The notes under the pieces are model-generated. The model searched no databases, was not told the DNA's origin, and worked only from the letters and a program-made list of their open reading frames with translations. A program made the translations under genes and the position numbers. Source: Eledone cirrhosa (Eukaryota). From it: a DNA stretch of 64,000 nucleotides. Shown one piece after another: positions 26,463-39,185 of this stretch (the first letter of the stretch is position 1; every line of letters begins with the position of its first letter). The stretch covers positions 317,254,001 to 317,318,000 of the forward strand of contig OZ024742.1 of assembly GCA_964016885.1 (NCBI GenBank). The letters are read 5' to 3'.

Positions 26463-28552
26463 ATGTTGACGGGAGCGGTCGTCAACAACAGGTGGTAGTT
26501 CGCCCTGAAAAGGGCAATTAAAGTAGAGTCGATTAGGTTTAGCAAATGAGTAGTGATAGAGGAAAATAGAGTAGAGGGAGAGCTAGTCAGAAAGCTAGAA
26601 GAGGCGTTTAGGACAGGCATCGCAACCGACGTGCTTGCGGTGAGATTGGCACTCGACCAATTCTTCAACGCAAAACACGAAGGCTGCGTTGTCAGAACTA
26701 GAGCGCGTGCTCTGAAACACGAGGGAACAAAAGCCGTCCAATGGGCCCGGGTGGCAGAGGCGCGACGTGGCAATAAAGCTACAATTCGGTCTTTGTCTGA
26801 CCAAAACGGGTGCGTGATGCTCGAACCCGAGCGGATGTGTGAAGCTTTTCAGCAGCACTTTGCTGAACTGTTCGGGAGCGGCGGCGGCCCGGATCGGGAC
26901 ATGGACTTCAGTGCATACCTCGACGGACTGCCTCGGCTCTCGACAACCGCAGCACAGTGTTGCGAAAAGCCAGGCGTTGGATCGCAGCAATGTACAGCGA
27001 CATCTGCTCAGTTGTGAGGGTGAACGGTCACCTGTCGCAGCCGTTCAGCATCATGCGCTCAGTCCGCCAGGGTTGTCCCCTCTCGTCCCTCTTGTACGTA
27101 TTGGCTCTCGAGCCGTTACTGCACAAACTGGGGGCGATGAGGGGCGTCCAACGCGAACTAGGATGCGGGAAATCCGAGTCGGCTTACGCTGACGACGTCG
27201 CCGTGGTGGTGTCGAGCACCAGACACGTCCAGATGCTCGGCACCGCTCTTAAGGAATACGAAACGGTGACAGGAGCAAAGATAAACCAGGAAAAGTCGGT
27301 GGGCTTGCAGCTAGGCACCTGGAGAGGCAAGTCCATGCCGTCCGACAGCGTCGTGGAGCGTTGGACGGACGGACCGGTTAAATTGCTCGGGGTCTGGTTC
27401 GGACCGGACCTCCAGATGGAGAAAAACTGGAACGAGGTGACGAGCAGGGTGGCCTCCGTCACCCAGAAATGGGCTGAGAGGAAGCTGTACCTGAAAGGCC
27501 GGGCGGAAGTGGCGAATGCGTACATCGCATCCGTCATCTGCTACCGCCTCACCGTCGTCTCTTGCTCCAGCCCAACTCTCACCAAAATGGAGCGCCTCCT
27601 CTTCCGCTTTTTGTGGAAGGGACGCGCTCCCATGGTCAGACGATCCATCTGCTGTCAACACCCGTTGCGTGGAGGACTGGGCATGCCATGGCTGATGATG
27701 CGCAAACATGCGCTGCGGCTGCGACATCTCTGGTGCTTCCTTGATGGTGAACGGGTGTGGTCGCCGTTCGCCAGGCACATTTTCCCACAGCTCGTCTCCT
27801 TGACGGAGCTGCAGTCCTGGGGCAGAAAAAGACCGAGGGATAGCGCTTGGAAACTGGAATGTCTCCAGGCGCTCACTGCCCTCTCCCAGTTGGGCACCAG
27901 TATCGGTGCAACATCTACCTCGGCGTTCTATAGAGGACTAGTGGAGGGGAAGAGCAACGACGTTCTCGGAGAGATCCTGGGCGTCGAAGAAGATCAGCTG
28001 TTTGCTCTCTTCCGGAGAACTTTCAGCCCGGGGCCTATGGATAACTTCCAAAAATCCCTGGCCTGGCAGTGCTACCGGGGAGCGCTGCCGGTTCGAGATA
28101 AGCTCTACAGGCACGGAAGTGCCGTCTGCCGAGCCTGTCCGAGGTGCGCGCATAACGACGAAACCGTTGTGCACGCACTCGTTCAGTGCCTGAGCATTGC
28201 TGACTTGTGGAGCTATGTCGAACAGTTGCTGTCACGTGTGGGACTGATCCGGTTGTCGACTGAGTCCATTGTGCCGATGGTCTCGCCGTCTTCCTTTGAG
28301 GAGGAAGGGCCGGCGGTTTTCATCTGCCTGGTGGCCATGGCGAAAGAGATTGTGTGGGGGACAAGGTTAAAAGGATTAAAGACAAACACTTTCCTCTTCG
28401 GCGAATCCCTGATTAACTTTTTCAAGTTTCACTTGAAGAGGAAAATCAGGGTGGAGAGGCAAGTACTGCTTTCTAGCAAGTTTGTTGAAAGGTGGGTGAA
28501 TGTAGCGAGAATGGTCCGAGTGAAAGGGACCACTCTGAATATACGTCTGTAG
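26463..28552 (+). pseudogene. ORF2 remnant of element A (partial RT plus zinc-binding C-terminus)
   Basis: SVRQGCPLSSLLY, AYADDV, VKLLGVWF, GGLG, CPRCAHNDETVVHALVQC. Deletion at ~26970 joins CCEKP to WIAAM. Confidence 0.9.
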
Positions 28553-28811
28553 TTTGAGAGATGGAAAAATTGAGAGAGGGCGCTTGTCCTGGTAGTCAGG
28601 GTGGCCGTGGTCTTTTGTGTGGTTTTCCCTATTGGGGAATTTTTCATTGTATCAATTTTCATTTTATTGTTTATGTATATATATGTTTTATGTCTTTTTT
28701 CTTTTCTTATATGAATAATAAAAATATTTACACGCACAAAACCCACATCGTACCGTCCTGTTCCGTCTGTGATGTTTTTCTTGATGTCAGCCCTTGTAGC
28801 CAATAAAGAAA

Positions 28812-28812
<1 letters not shown>

Positions 28813-28870
<58 letters not shown>
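28813..28870. repeat. (ATT)n: tail of A and target of B
   Basis: Pure ATT run between the 3' end of A and the 5' end of B. Confidence 0.95.
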
Positions 28871-29078
28871 GGCGACCTACGTAGGAAATCGTATTATCGT
28901 GAGCTCCGCAAAGGTTTGTTATTTCCGTTTGTTTAAAAATTGCCATTTATGGAAAATTTTATTGTAAACTGTTTATAAGCACACATACATTGTTTTCCGA
29001 AAAGGACACCCAGAAAGATTGGGGCCTTGTGCCCAAAATTTTAACTTTTATTATTATCCAAAAATTTCTTTGAAAAGA

Positions 29079-31048
29079 ATGGCTAATTCCCCTCTGCACG
29101 AAGCAGCTGAAAGCCTTCCTCACAAAATAACACCTCACACCGACACCACCATTGTAAATGTTACTACGTTTGCCAACACAAAAAAAAATATAAGCAGTAG
29201 CAATATTTTAAATTTGTCTCAGGCAGACATTCATTTCCCGCCATTACCAATGACTGCAGGTGTTAAACCCTCCACCGCCACCACCACCGCGACAACCACC
29301 ACCCCCACCACCACCGCGACAACAGAAACAAAAGAAGAAAAAAATAAATTAACTCGTGATGTCGAAATGAAATCAAGCAAAATCGACTCTTCCGCACCAA
29401 AGACGACTGACGTCACCACCACCACAACTGAAACTAAAATTAAGATTAACACAAATAACGATAGCAACAACAACAACAATGACATTATAAAACCGACCCT
29501 CAGTTTCGCCATAGTAGCAAAACAATTTGAAGCATTCACGGTAACACAAGACGATTTAGAAAATGCCAAACAAATGGTAAAGAAAAATGGGTACAGGGTC
29601 AGCCCCCCCCCCACCCACCTAATAAAATGGAGCATCGGCGCCTATGCACCGTGTCGTATAGAACAATAAATGTAAAATCGCGCCGAGTGGAACGGGCATC
29701 CGAGTCCCGAATCCAAAAAGCTTTGGGACATGTGTGGGCAAGGAAAACCCACATCAGACGTGGGCAAAAGTATGGAACCGTGGATGTGTTCTTTGAAACA
29801 CCAGAGGAGGCTAGAGAACACTCCATGGCCCCATTAAAAAGTGACGACTTCACACTCGTCCCAAGCTATTGTGGCCAGAGACTCGTAAAGATCAGGGTGA
29901 CCCACGTTCCACCGGCCATCGAAATTCCCTGGCTAATAGCGGCTGTCCTCGCCGGCATCGAAGCCAACACGAAAATAATAGCAATAGCAAAAGAAAAGCA
30001 GGAAAACTGATACGGATCTGGGATGGAGCTCCTAATCCAAGCGGACCAAAAAAGCATTGAGGAGATCCCAGAGGTAATAGACCTCACTGACGGCAGCCAC
30101 CTCACGGTAATTGTCGAGGGCAGAAGACCTAGGTGTGTCGTTTGTGGTGAAGGAACCCACCTAAGGGCTTTCTGCCCTCAGGCTAAAAGGTTGAGGCCAC
30201 CTCTCCTACCCACCCCAGTGACACAACCATCAACACCACCAGTAGCAGAGATGGCAGCAACAACTGTAGCAGCAACAACAGAAGCAACTATAACAGCAAC
30301 AACCCCAGCAACAGTAGCAGAACCAACACCACCACCACCCAACGCTTCAGAACTAGCACCAGCGCCTACACCATCCACCACACCACAACCAAAACTAACG
30401 GCTGTGGATGATTTTCCACTCCCCGGCCTATCACAACTGGAGACAGATTGTGACGACGAGGAGTGGGAAACGATATCCGGAAAAAAAAAAAGAAACCGAA
30501 AAAGAAAAAATTCTCTTCCTTCCCCCTCCAAAAACAAAATACAGAGGGAAACAAATAAACTAAGAAACAAAAAAGTTAGGACAGATATGCCACCATCCAC
30601 ACCAGCATCACCAACCCCATCAACCCAAACACCAACACCATCACCATCATTAACTCCAACACCACCATCACCTACACCACAAAAGTCACCAAAATGCGAA
30701 ACAGAAACAAACCCACAACAAACGCAAACAAAACAAAACAACCAAAACGATACACACTACACAGCATTAAATTTGAACAACAAGCAATTATTACACTACA
30801 TCCAACACAACACCAGCATCACAGAAAAAGACTACACAACAACCCCAAAATTCACACCACCTCCACACATACAAATCACTCGCATCACACAGAAAACGTA
30901 CATGACACTAAAACAAAAATTCCCCAAAGACATCGGAGACTTCCGACAAGCACTCTCCAGGAGGATTTATAAGGACATCCTTCCTGAGGAGGCCACAAGC
31001 AGTGAAAAGGATGGAAAAACCGTCCTGCCCCTACGAGAAGTAAGGTAA
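29079..31048 (+). pseudogene. ORF1 of element B
   Basis: Frameshift near the C-run at ~29610 and TGA at 30008-30010 where copy D has W. Contains CVVCGEGTHLRAFC and a Pro/Thr-rich linker. Ends PLREVR*. Confidence 0.85.
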
Positions 31049-31082
31049 GTGGTCTTTCCCATCTGTTCCACTCCTTTTCAAC

Positions 31083-34000
31083 ATGACCTCACTCAGAATA
31101 GGCAGCATAAATGCGCGTGGCTTGGGGTCGTCATGGAAGCAGGGCCACCTGCTCAACGACCTCAGGTCACTAAACATAGATGTAGTGGCCATCAGCGAGA
31201 CCAGAATCTCCGAAGCACAGGCTTTCGCACCGATCTTCGGCGGCTACGATGTGTACGCATCTCCCAGCCGTCCGGGATCGGGAGGGGGGAGTTGCTGTGC
31301 TTTTTCGGAGAGGTTTGGATCTTGCCATACGGGCCATCTTCCTGGACCCAGAAGGTAAGTTGGTGGTGCTGGACGTGACCAGCGGAGACGGGCAAGCTTT
31401 CAGGCTAGTGGCCGTCTATGCCCCGACAGGAGCAGGGCGGCCTGATTTCTTCCGGCGTCTGGAGACCTTTCTTGGAATGTCCCGCTCTTTAGTGTTAGTG
31501 GGCGACTGGAACGGGATCTTAGATGCACGCTGGGATTGTGTGGGATTAGTGGATAGGGAAGGAGGGTGCAAGAGTCTCACCAAACTGCTCAGACGTTTTG
31601 AACTGTCTGACAGGTACCGAATGGATTTCCCGAATGTACCAATGTGGACTTGGACAAATCGCATAGGGTCATCCAGATCATATCTAGATAGAGTATTTTG
31701 TAGGGAAATAGATAGGTCTAGCATAGGCTGTCCACAATTCAAGATAGTCAGCTACACGGACCACAAATTCGTGATCTGTGTGCTTGACTTAGATAGGCTT
31801 CATAGACGAGGACCCGGCTACTGGAAGCTAAACGCGTCCTTACCAGCGCGCAAGGCCTACAGAGACCGGATTAGCGAACTAGTTAAGCGGGCGTTGACGG
31901 GGGCCATCGTCAACAACAAGTGGTGGTTTGCTCTGAAAAGAGCAATTAGAATAGAGTCCATTAGGTTTAGTAAGACTTTAGCAATAGAGAAAAATAGAGC
32001 AGAGGGAGAACTAGTTAGAAAATTAGATGAGGCGCTTAGCAAAGGCATCGCGACCGACGTACTTGCGGCGAAATTGGCCCTTGACCAATTCTTCAATGCA
32101 ACTGTTCGGGGGCAGTGGCGGGCCGGATCGAAGGATGGACTTTAGTGTCTACCTCGGCCACTGAGGCGGAGTGTTGCGAAAAGCCGATAACAACCGCTGA
32201 AGTACGGGATGCAATGACTAGTTGCACAAGGGGTAAATCGCCTGGTTTGGATGGTCTGCCCTATGAACTTTACGTACAAATGCCAAACTTGTTCGGAGGC
32301 CTCTTGGCGGACGTCTACTGCAACTGGCAACAGAACGGGAGAATTCCCAGCTCTGTGAGCCGAGGAGCGGTGGCTCTGCTGAGAAAGGATCCGAACAAGG
32401 GGGATAACATAGATAATTTTAGGCCCATAACTCTGCTAAACACAGAGTTCAAGATTTTGGCCAAGGTGCTAGCAAAGAGGTTGGCGCTTGTCGCTGGTGG
32501 TCTGGTGGGAGAGGCACAGACATGCGCCATTCCCAACAGATCCATCCACGACAACCTCCACCTCATGCGATACATCGTAGAGAGGGTAGCTAGGGAACCT
32601 GGCAAGGGTGGGTCTTTGATGAATTTAGATCAATCGAAAGCCTTCGATAGGGTCGACCATCGTTACCTAGCGGCAGTCCTGAGGGCGGCTGGCTTTGGGC
32701 CCGTCTTCAGAGGCTGGATCGCTGCCATGCACAGCGACATCTGCTCTGTAGTGAGAGTGAACGGTCACCTTTCGGAACCGTTCAACATCATGCGCTCGGT
32801 CCGCCAAGGATGTCCCCTCTCGTCCCTATTGTACGTATTGACTCTCGAGCCATTACTGCACAAACTGGAGACGTTGAGGGGGGTCCCGCGCGAACTAGGA
32901 TGCGGAAGATCCGTGTCAGCATATGCCGACGATGTCACCGTAGTGGTGTCGAACGCCAAACACATAGAGGCGATCGGCACTACACTAACAGAATACGAAG
33001 CGGTGACAGGAGCAATGATCAACCAGGAAAAGTCAGTGGGCCTGCAGCTCGGCACCTGGAGAGGCAGGTCCATGCCGTCCAACAGCGTCGTCGGGCGCTG
33101 GACGGACGGACCGGTTAAATTGCTAGGGGTCTGGTTCGGTCCAGACCTCCAGACGGACAAAAACTGGGACGAGGTGACCAGAAGGGTGGCTTCTCTCACC
33201 CAGAAATGGGCCGAGAGGAAGCTATCCCTGAAAGGTCGAACGGAGGTGGCGAATGCGTACATCGCATCCGTCATCTACTACCGCCTGACCGTCGTACTTT
33301 GTCCTAAGCCCCGCCTGACTGCGCTGGAGCGTTTGCTGTTTCGCTTCTTGTGGAAGGGACGCGCTCCGATGGTCAGGCGGTCCATCTGCTGTCAACACCC
33401 GCTACGTAGAGGGCTGGGCATGCCGTGGCTGATGATGCGCAGACACGCGCTCAGGCTACGACATCTCCACCTCTTCCTCGACGGTGATCAGGTGTGGTCG
33501 CCGTTTGCTAGACACGTTTTTCCCCAGCTCGTCTCCTTGACGGAGCTGCAGTCCTGGGTCAAGCGAAGACCGAGAGGGAGCGCTTGGAGACTGGAATGTC
33601 TTCAGGCGCTCACAGCCCTCGACCAATCGGGCAATGTGATCGGTGGAAACTCCACCTTGGCGTTCTATAGGGGATTAGTGGAGGGGAAGAGCGACGACGT
33701 ACTTGGAGAAACTCTAGGCGTCGACGAAAATCAACTAGCCAATCTCTTCGGAAGGACCTATAGGGCCGGGGCCTATGGACAACTTCCAGAAATCCCTGGC
33801 CTGGCAGTGCTACCGAGGAGCTTTGTCAGTTTGGGATAAACTCTACAGGCATGGAGGTGCCGTCAGCCGGGCATGTCCGAGATGCGCGCAGGGCGACGAA
33901 ACCGTCCTGCACGCACTCGTCCAGTGTCCGAGCATTGCTGACTTGTGGGTTTATGTCGAACACCTGCTGTCACGTGTAGGACGGATCCGGCTATCAGCTG

Positions 34001-34290
34001 AGTCCATCGTGAGGATTGCCCCGCCCTCCTCCTTTAGCCGGGAAGGGCAGGCAGTTTTTATCTGTCTGGTGGCCATGGCGAAAGAGATAGTATGGTGGAC
34101 ACGTTTGAAAGGGCTGAAGACGAGCACTTACCTCTTCGGTGATGCCCTGATTAACTTTTTCAAATTTCATTTGAAAAGGAAAATCAGGGTAGAGAGGGAA
34201 GTGCACTCTTCCCAGAATTTTGTTGAAAGATGGGTGAGAGAAGCAAGTATGGCCCGAATGAATGGGCCTTCTCTGAGTATGTGTCAGTAA
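31083..34290 (+). pseudogene. ORF2 of element B (APE endonuclease, RT, CCHC)
   Basis: SINARGL, AISET, VYAP, GDWN, YLDRV, TDHK; KSPGLDGL, FRPITLLN, LDQSKAFDRV, QGCPLS, YADD. Frameshifts at ~31290 and ~33770 and deletions near 32100-32160. Confidence 0.93.
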
Positions 34291-34580
34291 ATTTAAGGTG
34301 GAAAACTGGGAGAGGGCACTTGCCCTGGTGGTCAGGGCCACTGTGGTCTTTTAATGGGCTTTCTCCACAAATGTCCCTCGGAAGTCTCCCCCCTATTGGG
34401 GAATTTTTCTTTGTTATTTTATTTCAACCTCCGTTTTTTTTACACGCAGAAATGCCCATTTGTACCGTCCTGTATTGTCCTGTACTGTCCTTAATGTCTA
34501 CTTTATGTAAACCCTTGTGGTTAATAAAGAAAACATTATTATTATTATTATTATTTTATTATTATTTAATTATTATTATT

Positions 34581-35442
34581 AGGGGTAAATTGAGCAGAAG
34601 CAACGGAATCCAGGTACCAACAGGTGAGATGATAAAGGAAATTGACACTGAAGAAGGATACAAATATTTAGGTGTTCTGGAGGCAGATGACATCAAGAAC
34701 AAAAATATGAAGGAATTGATAAGATCTGAGTATATTAGGAGAGTAAGGAGCGTATTAAAGTCACATCTGAACAGTAGGAATGCCATAAGTGCAGTAAATT
34801 CCTGAGCTGTGTCTATTATTAGGTACAGTGCGGGAATTCTGAAATGGAATGTTGCTGAACAAAAAGAAATGGATAGGAAGACTAGGAAACTATTGACTAG
34901 CTACAACATGTTCCACAAGAGGAGTGATGTCGATAGACTCTACTTAAAGAGATCTGAAGGTGGAAGGGGTCTTATCAGCATAGAGGACTGTGTTTAGATG
35001 GAGAAAAACAACCTGCACAAATACGTGACCGACAGTAGGGAGCCAATGCTCAGAATTGTACTGAAGGAGAAGACAATAGACCAGGGGATGTCCAAGGAGG
35101 AAATAACAACAAGGAGGAAGACCAACCTTCATAAAAAATCCCTTCATAGTACCTTCTTTGAGAAAACTGAATTTAGAGATCCACAGACATGGAACTGGTT
35201 AAAAAGAGGAGACCTTAAAAAGGCTACAGAAGGAAAGCTAATGGCTGCGCAATAGCAGGCACTCAAAGGATGGTTAAAGAAATTTAGTCCAGCCCCGCTT
35301 TTTGGAACACTTCAAAAGGCATGCTTGCTGGGAACAGCAAGAACCCTCCGATACGTACTGAATATCTGAGGCTGCAGGTAGCGGCTTGATATTCATTTCA
35401 ACAAACTTTCCAGTTAAATAACATGAATGACTGAGATTCAAA
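34581..35442 (+). mobile_element. 5'-truncated R4/Dong (Rex6-like) RLE-type LINE fragment
   Basis: YKYLGVLE..SEYIRRVRSVLKSHLNSRNAISAVN, MDRKTRKLL, SDVDRLYLKRSEGGRGL and terminal LQKACLLGTARTLRYVL. In-frame stops, an internal deletion at ~35265 and an (AAT)n tail. Confidence 0.75.
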
Positions 35443-35465
35443 GAATAATAATAATAATAATAATG

Positions 35466-35493
<28 letters not shown>
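35443..35493. repeat. (AAT)n shared by the 3' ends of the Dong-like fragment and element C
   Basis: Visible directly in the sequence. Confidence 0.95.
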
Positions 35494-35496
<3 letters not shown>

Positions 35497-35746
35497 TTTC
35501 TTTATTAACCACAAGGGTTTACATAAAGTAGACATTAAGGACAGTGCAGGACAATACAGTACGGTACAAATGGGCATTTCTGCGTGTAAAAAAACAAAAA
35601 CAGAGGATGTAACAAAAAAATAACAGTGAAAAATTCCCCAATAGAGGGGGGACTTCGGAGGGACATTTGTGGAGAAAGCCCAGTAAAAGGCCAGAGTGAC
35701 CCTGACCACCAAGGCAAGTGCCCTCTCCCAGTTTTCCACCTTTAAT

Positions 35747-38700
35747 TTACAGATATATACTCAGAGTAGGCCCATTCACTCGGGTCATTCTTGCTTCTCT
35801 CACCCATCTTTCAACAAAATGCTGGGAAGAGAGCACTTCCCTCTCTACTCTGATTTTCCTTTTCAAATGAAATTTGAAAAAGTCAATCAGGGCATCACCG
35901 AAGAGGTAAGTGCTCGTCTTCAGCCCTTTCAAACGTGTCCACCATACTATCTCTTTCGCCATGGTCACCAGACAGATACAAACTTCCTGCCTTTCCGGGC
36001 TAAAGGAGGAGGGCGCGGCAATCCTCACGATGGACTCAGATGATAGCCGGATCCGTCCTACACGCGACAGCAGGTGTTCGACATAAACCCACAAGTCAGC
36101 AATACTCGGACACTGGACGAGTGCGTGCAGGACGGTTTCGTCGCCCTGCACGCATCTCAGACATGCCCGGCTGACGGAACCTCCATACCTGTAGAGTTTA
36201 TCCCGAACTGGCAAGGCTCCTCGGTAGCACTACCAGGACAGAGATTTCTGGAAGTTGTCCATAGGCCCCGGCCCGAAAGTTCTTCCGTAGAGATTGGCTA
36301 GTTGATTTTCGTCGACGCCTAGAGTTTCTCCAAGTACGTCGTCGCTCTTCCCCTCCACTAATCCTCTATAGAACGCCGAGGTGGAGTTTCCACCGATCAC
36401 ATTGCCCGATTGGTCGAGGGCTGTAAGCGCCTGAAGACATTCCAGTCTCCAAAAGCTCCCTCTCGGTCTTCCCTTGACCCAGCACTGCAGCTCCGTCAAG
36501 GAAACGAGCTCGGGAAATACGTGTCTAGCAAACGGCGACCACACCTGATCACCGTCGAGGAAGAGGTGGAGATGTCGTAGCCTGAGCGCGTGTCTGCTCA
36601 TCATCAGCCACGGCATGCCCAGCCCTCTACGTAGCGGGTGTTGACAACAGATGGACCGCCTGACCATCGGAGCGCGTCCCTTCCACAAAAAGCGAAAGAG
36701 CAAACGCTCCAGCGCAGTCAGGCGGGGCTTAGGACAAGGTACGACGGTCAGGCGGTAGCAGATGACAGACGCGATGTACGCGTTAGCCACCTCCGCGCGA
36801 CCTTTCAGGGATAACTTCCTTACCGCCCATTTCTGGGTGAGAGAAGTGCCCTGCTCGTCACCTCGTCCCAGTTTTTGTCCGTCTAGAAGTCCTGACCGAA
36901 CCAGACCCCTAGCAATTGAACCGGTCCGTCCGTCCAGCGTCCGACGACACTGTTGGACGGCATGGACCTGCCTCTCCAGGTGCCGAGCTGCAGGCCCACT
37001 GACTTTTCCTGGTTGATCATTGCTCCTGTCACCGCTTCGTATTCTCTTAGTGTGGTGCCGATCGCCTCGATGTGTTTGGCGTTCGACACCACTACGGTGA
37101 CATCGTCCGCATATGCTGACACGGATCTTCCGCATCCTAGTTCGCGCGGGACCCCCCTCAACGTCTCCAGTTTGTGCAGTAATGGCTCGAGTGTCAATAC
37201 GTACAAGAGGGACAAGAGGGGACATCCTTGGCAGACCGAGGGCATGATGTTGAACGGTTCCGACAGGTGACCGTTCACTCTCACCACAGAGCAGATGTCG
37301 CTGTGCATGGCAGCGATCCAGCCTCTGAGGACGGGCCCAAAGCCAGCCGCCGTCAGGACTGCCGCGAGGTAACGATGGTCGACCCTATCGAAAGCTTTCG
37401 ACTGATCTTAATTGATCAAGGACCCACCCGTGCCAGGTTCCCTAGCTACCCTCTCTACGATGTATCGCATGAGGTGGAGTGGTCGTGGATGGATCTGTCG
37501 GGAATAGCGCATGTCTGCGCCTCTCCCACCAGACCACCAACGACAAGCACCAACCTCTTTGCTAGCACCTTGGCCAAAATCTTGAACTCTGTGTTTAGCA
37601 GAATTATGCGCCGGAAATTATCTATGTTATCCCAATTGTTCGGATCCTTTCTCAGCAGTGCCACCGCTCATCGGCTCACAGAACTGGGAATTCTTCCGTT
37701 CTGTTGCCAGTTGCAGTAGACGTCCGCCAAGAGGCCTCCGAACAAGTCTGTCATTTGTACGTAAAGTTCATAGGGCAGACCATCCAAACCAGGCGATTTA
37801 CCCCTTGTGCAGCCATTCATTGCCTCCCTTACTTCAGCGGCTGTTATCGGCTTTTCGCAACAATCCGCCTCAGTGGCCGAGAGCCGCGGCAGTCCGTCGA
37901 GGTAGACACTAAAGACCATCCCTCAACCCGGCCCACCGCTGCCCCCGAACAGCTGAGCGAAGTGTCGCTGAAAAGCTTCACACTTTTGCCCGGGATCGAG
38001 TAGCATGCGCCCGTCGTGGTCCACCAAAGACCGGATCGTGGCTCTGTTGCCACGACGCGCCTCCGCCACTCGGGCCCATTGAACGTGTCTGAGAGCACGC
38101 ACCCTTGCTCTGACAACGCAGCCTTCGTGCTTTGCATTGAAGAATTGGTCAAGGGCCAATTTCGCCGCAAGCACGTCGATCGCAATGGCTTTGCTAAGCG
38201 CCTCGTCTAATTTTCTAACTAGTTCTCCCTCTGCTCTATTTTTCTCTATTGCTAAAGCCTCACCAAACCTAATCGATTCTATTCTAATCGCTCTTTTCAG
38301 AGCAAACCACCACTTGTTGTTGACGATGGCCACCGTCAACGCCCGCTTAACTAGTTCGCTAATCCGGTCTCTGTAGGCCTTGCGCGCTGGTAAGGACGCG
38401 TTTAGCTTCCAGTAGCCGGGTCCTCGTCTATGAAGCCTATCTAAGTCAAGCACACAGATCACGAATTTGTGGTCCGTGTAGCTGACTATCTTGAATTGTG
38501 GACAGCCTATGCTAGACCTATCTATTTCCCTACAAAATACTCTATCTAGATATGATCTGGATGACCCTATGCGATTTGTCCAAGTCCACATTGGCACATT
38601 CGGGAAATCCAATCGGTACCTGTCAGACAGTTCAAAACGCCTGAACAGGTTGGTGAGGCTCTTGCACCCTCCACCCCTATCCGCTAATCCCACACAGTCC

Positions 38701-39151
38701 CAGCGTGCATCTAAGATCCCGTTCCAGTCGCCCACTAACACTAAAGAGCGGGACGTTCAAAGAAAGTTCTCCAGACGCCGGAAGAAATCAGGCCGCCCTG
38801 CTCCTGTCGGGGCATAGACGGCCACTAGCCTGAAAGCTTGCCCGTCTCCGCTGGTCACGTCCAGCACCACCAACTTACCTTCTGGGTCCAGGAAGATGGC
38901 CCGTATGGCAAGATCCAAACCTCTCCGAAAAAGCACAGCAACTCCCCCCCCCCCGATCCCGGACGGCTGGGAGATGCGTACACATCGTAGCCGCCGAAGA
39001 TCGGTGCGAAAGCCTGTGCTTCGGAGATTCTGGTCTCGCTGATGGCCACTACATCTATGTTTAGTGACCTGAGGTCGTTGAGCAGGTGGCCCTGTTTCCA
39101 TGACGACCCCAAGCCACGCGCCTTTATGCTGACTATTCTGAGTGAGGTCAT
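35747..39151 (-). pseudogene. ORF2 of element C (APE, RT, CCHC)
   Basis: Fragmented ORFs with VYAP, GDWN, TDHK, KSPGLDGL, YADD and CLRCVQGDETVLHALVQC. Confidence 0.9.
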
Positions 39152-39185
39152 GTTGAAAAGGAGTGGAAAAGATGGGAAAGACCAT

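Larger units (their letters stand above)
24365..28812 (+). mobile_element. Tx1-like (L1 group) non-LTR retrotransposon A, internally deleted
   Basis: 5'UTR, frameshifted ORF1 with CCHC knuckle, ORF2 remnants with YADD and C-terminal CCHC, 3'UTR ending AATAAAGAAATC then (ATT)n. The endonuclease and the N-terminal RT are deleted. Confidence 0.9.
28871..34534 (+). mobile_element. Tx1-like retrotransposon B, near full length, inactivated
   Basis: 5' GGCGACCTACGTAGGAAATCG, ORF1 29079-31048, ORF2 31083-34290, 3' end TTAATAAAGAAAAC followed by (ATT)n. Confidence 0.93.
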
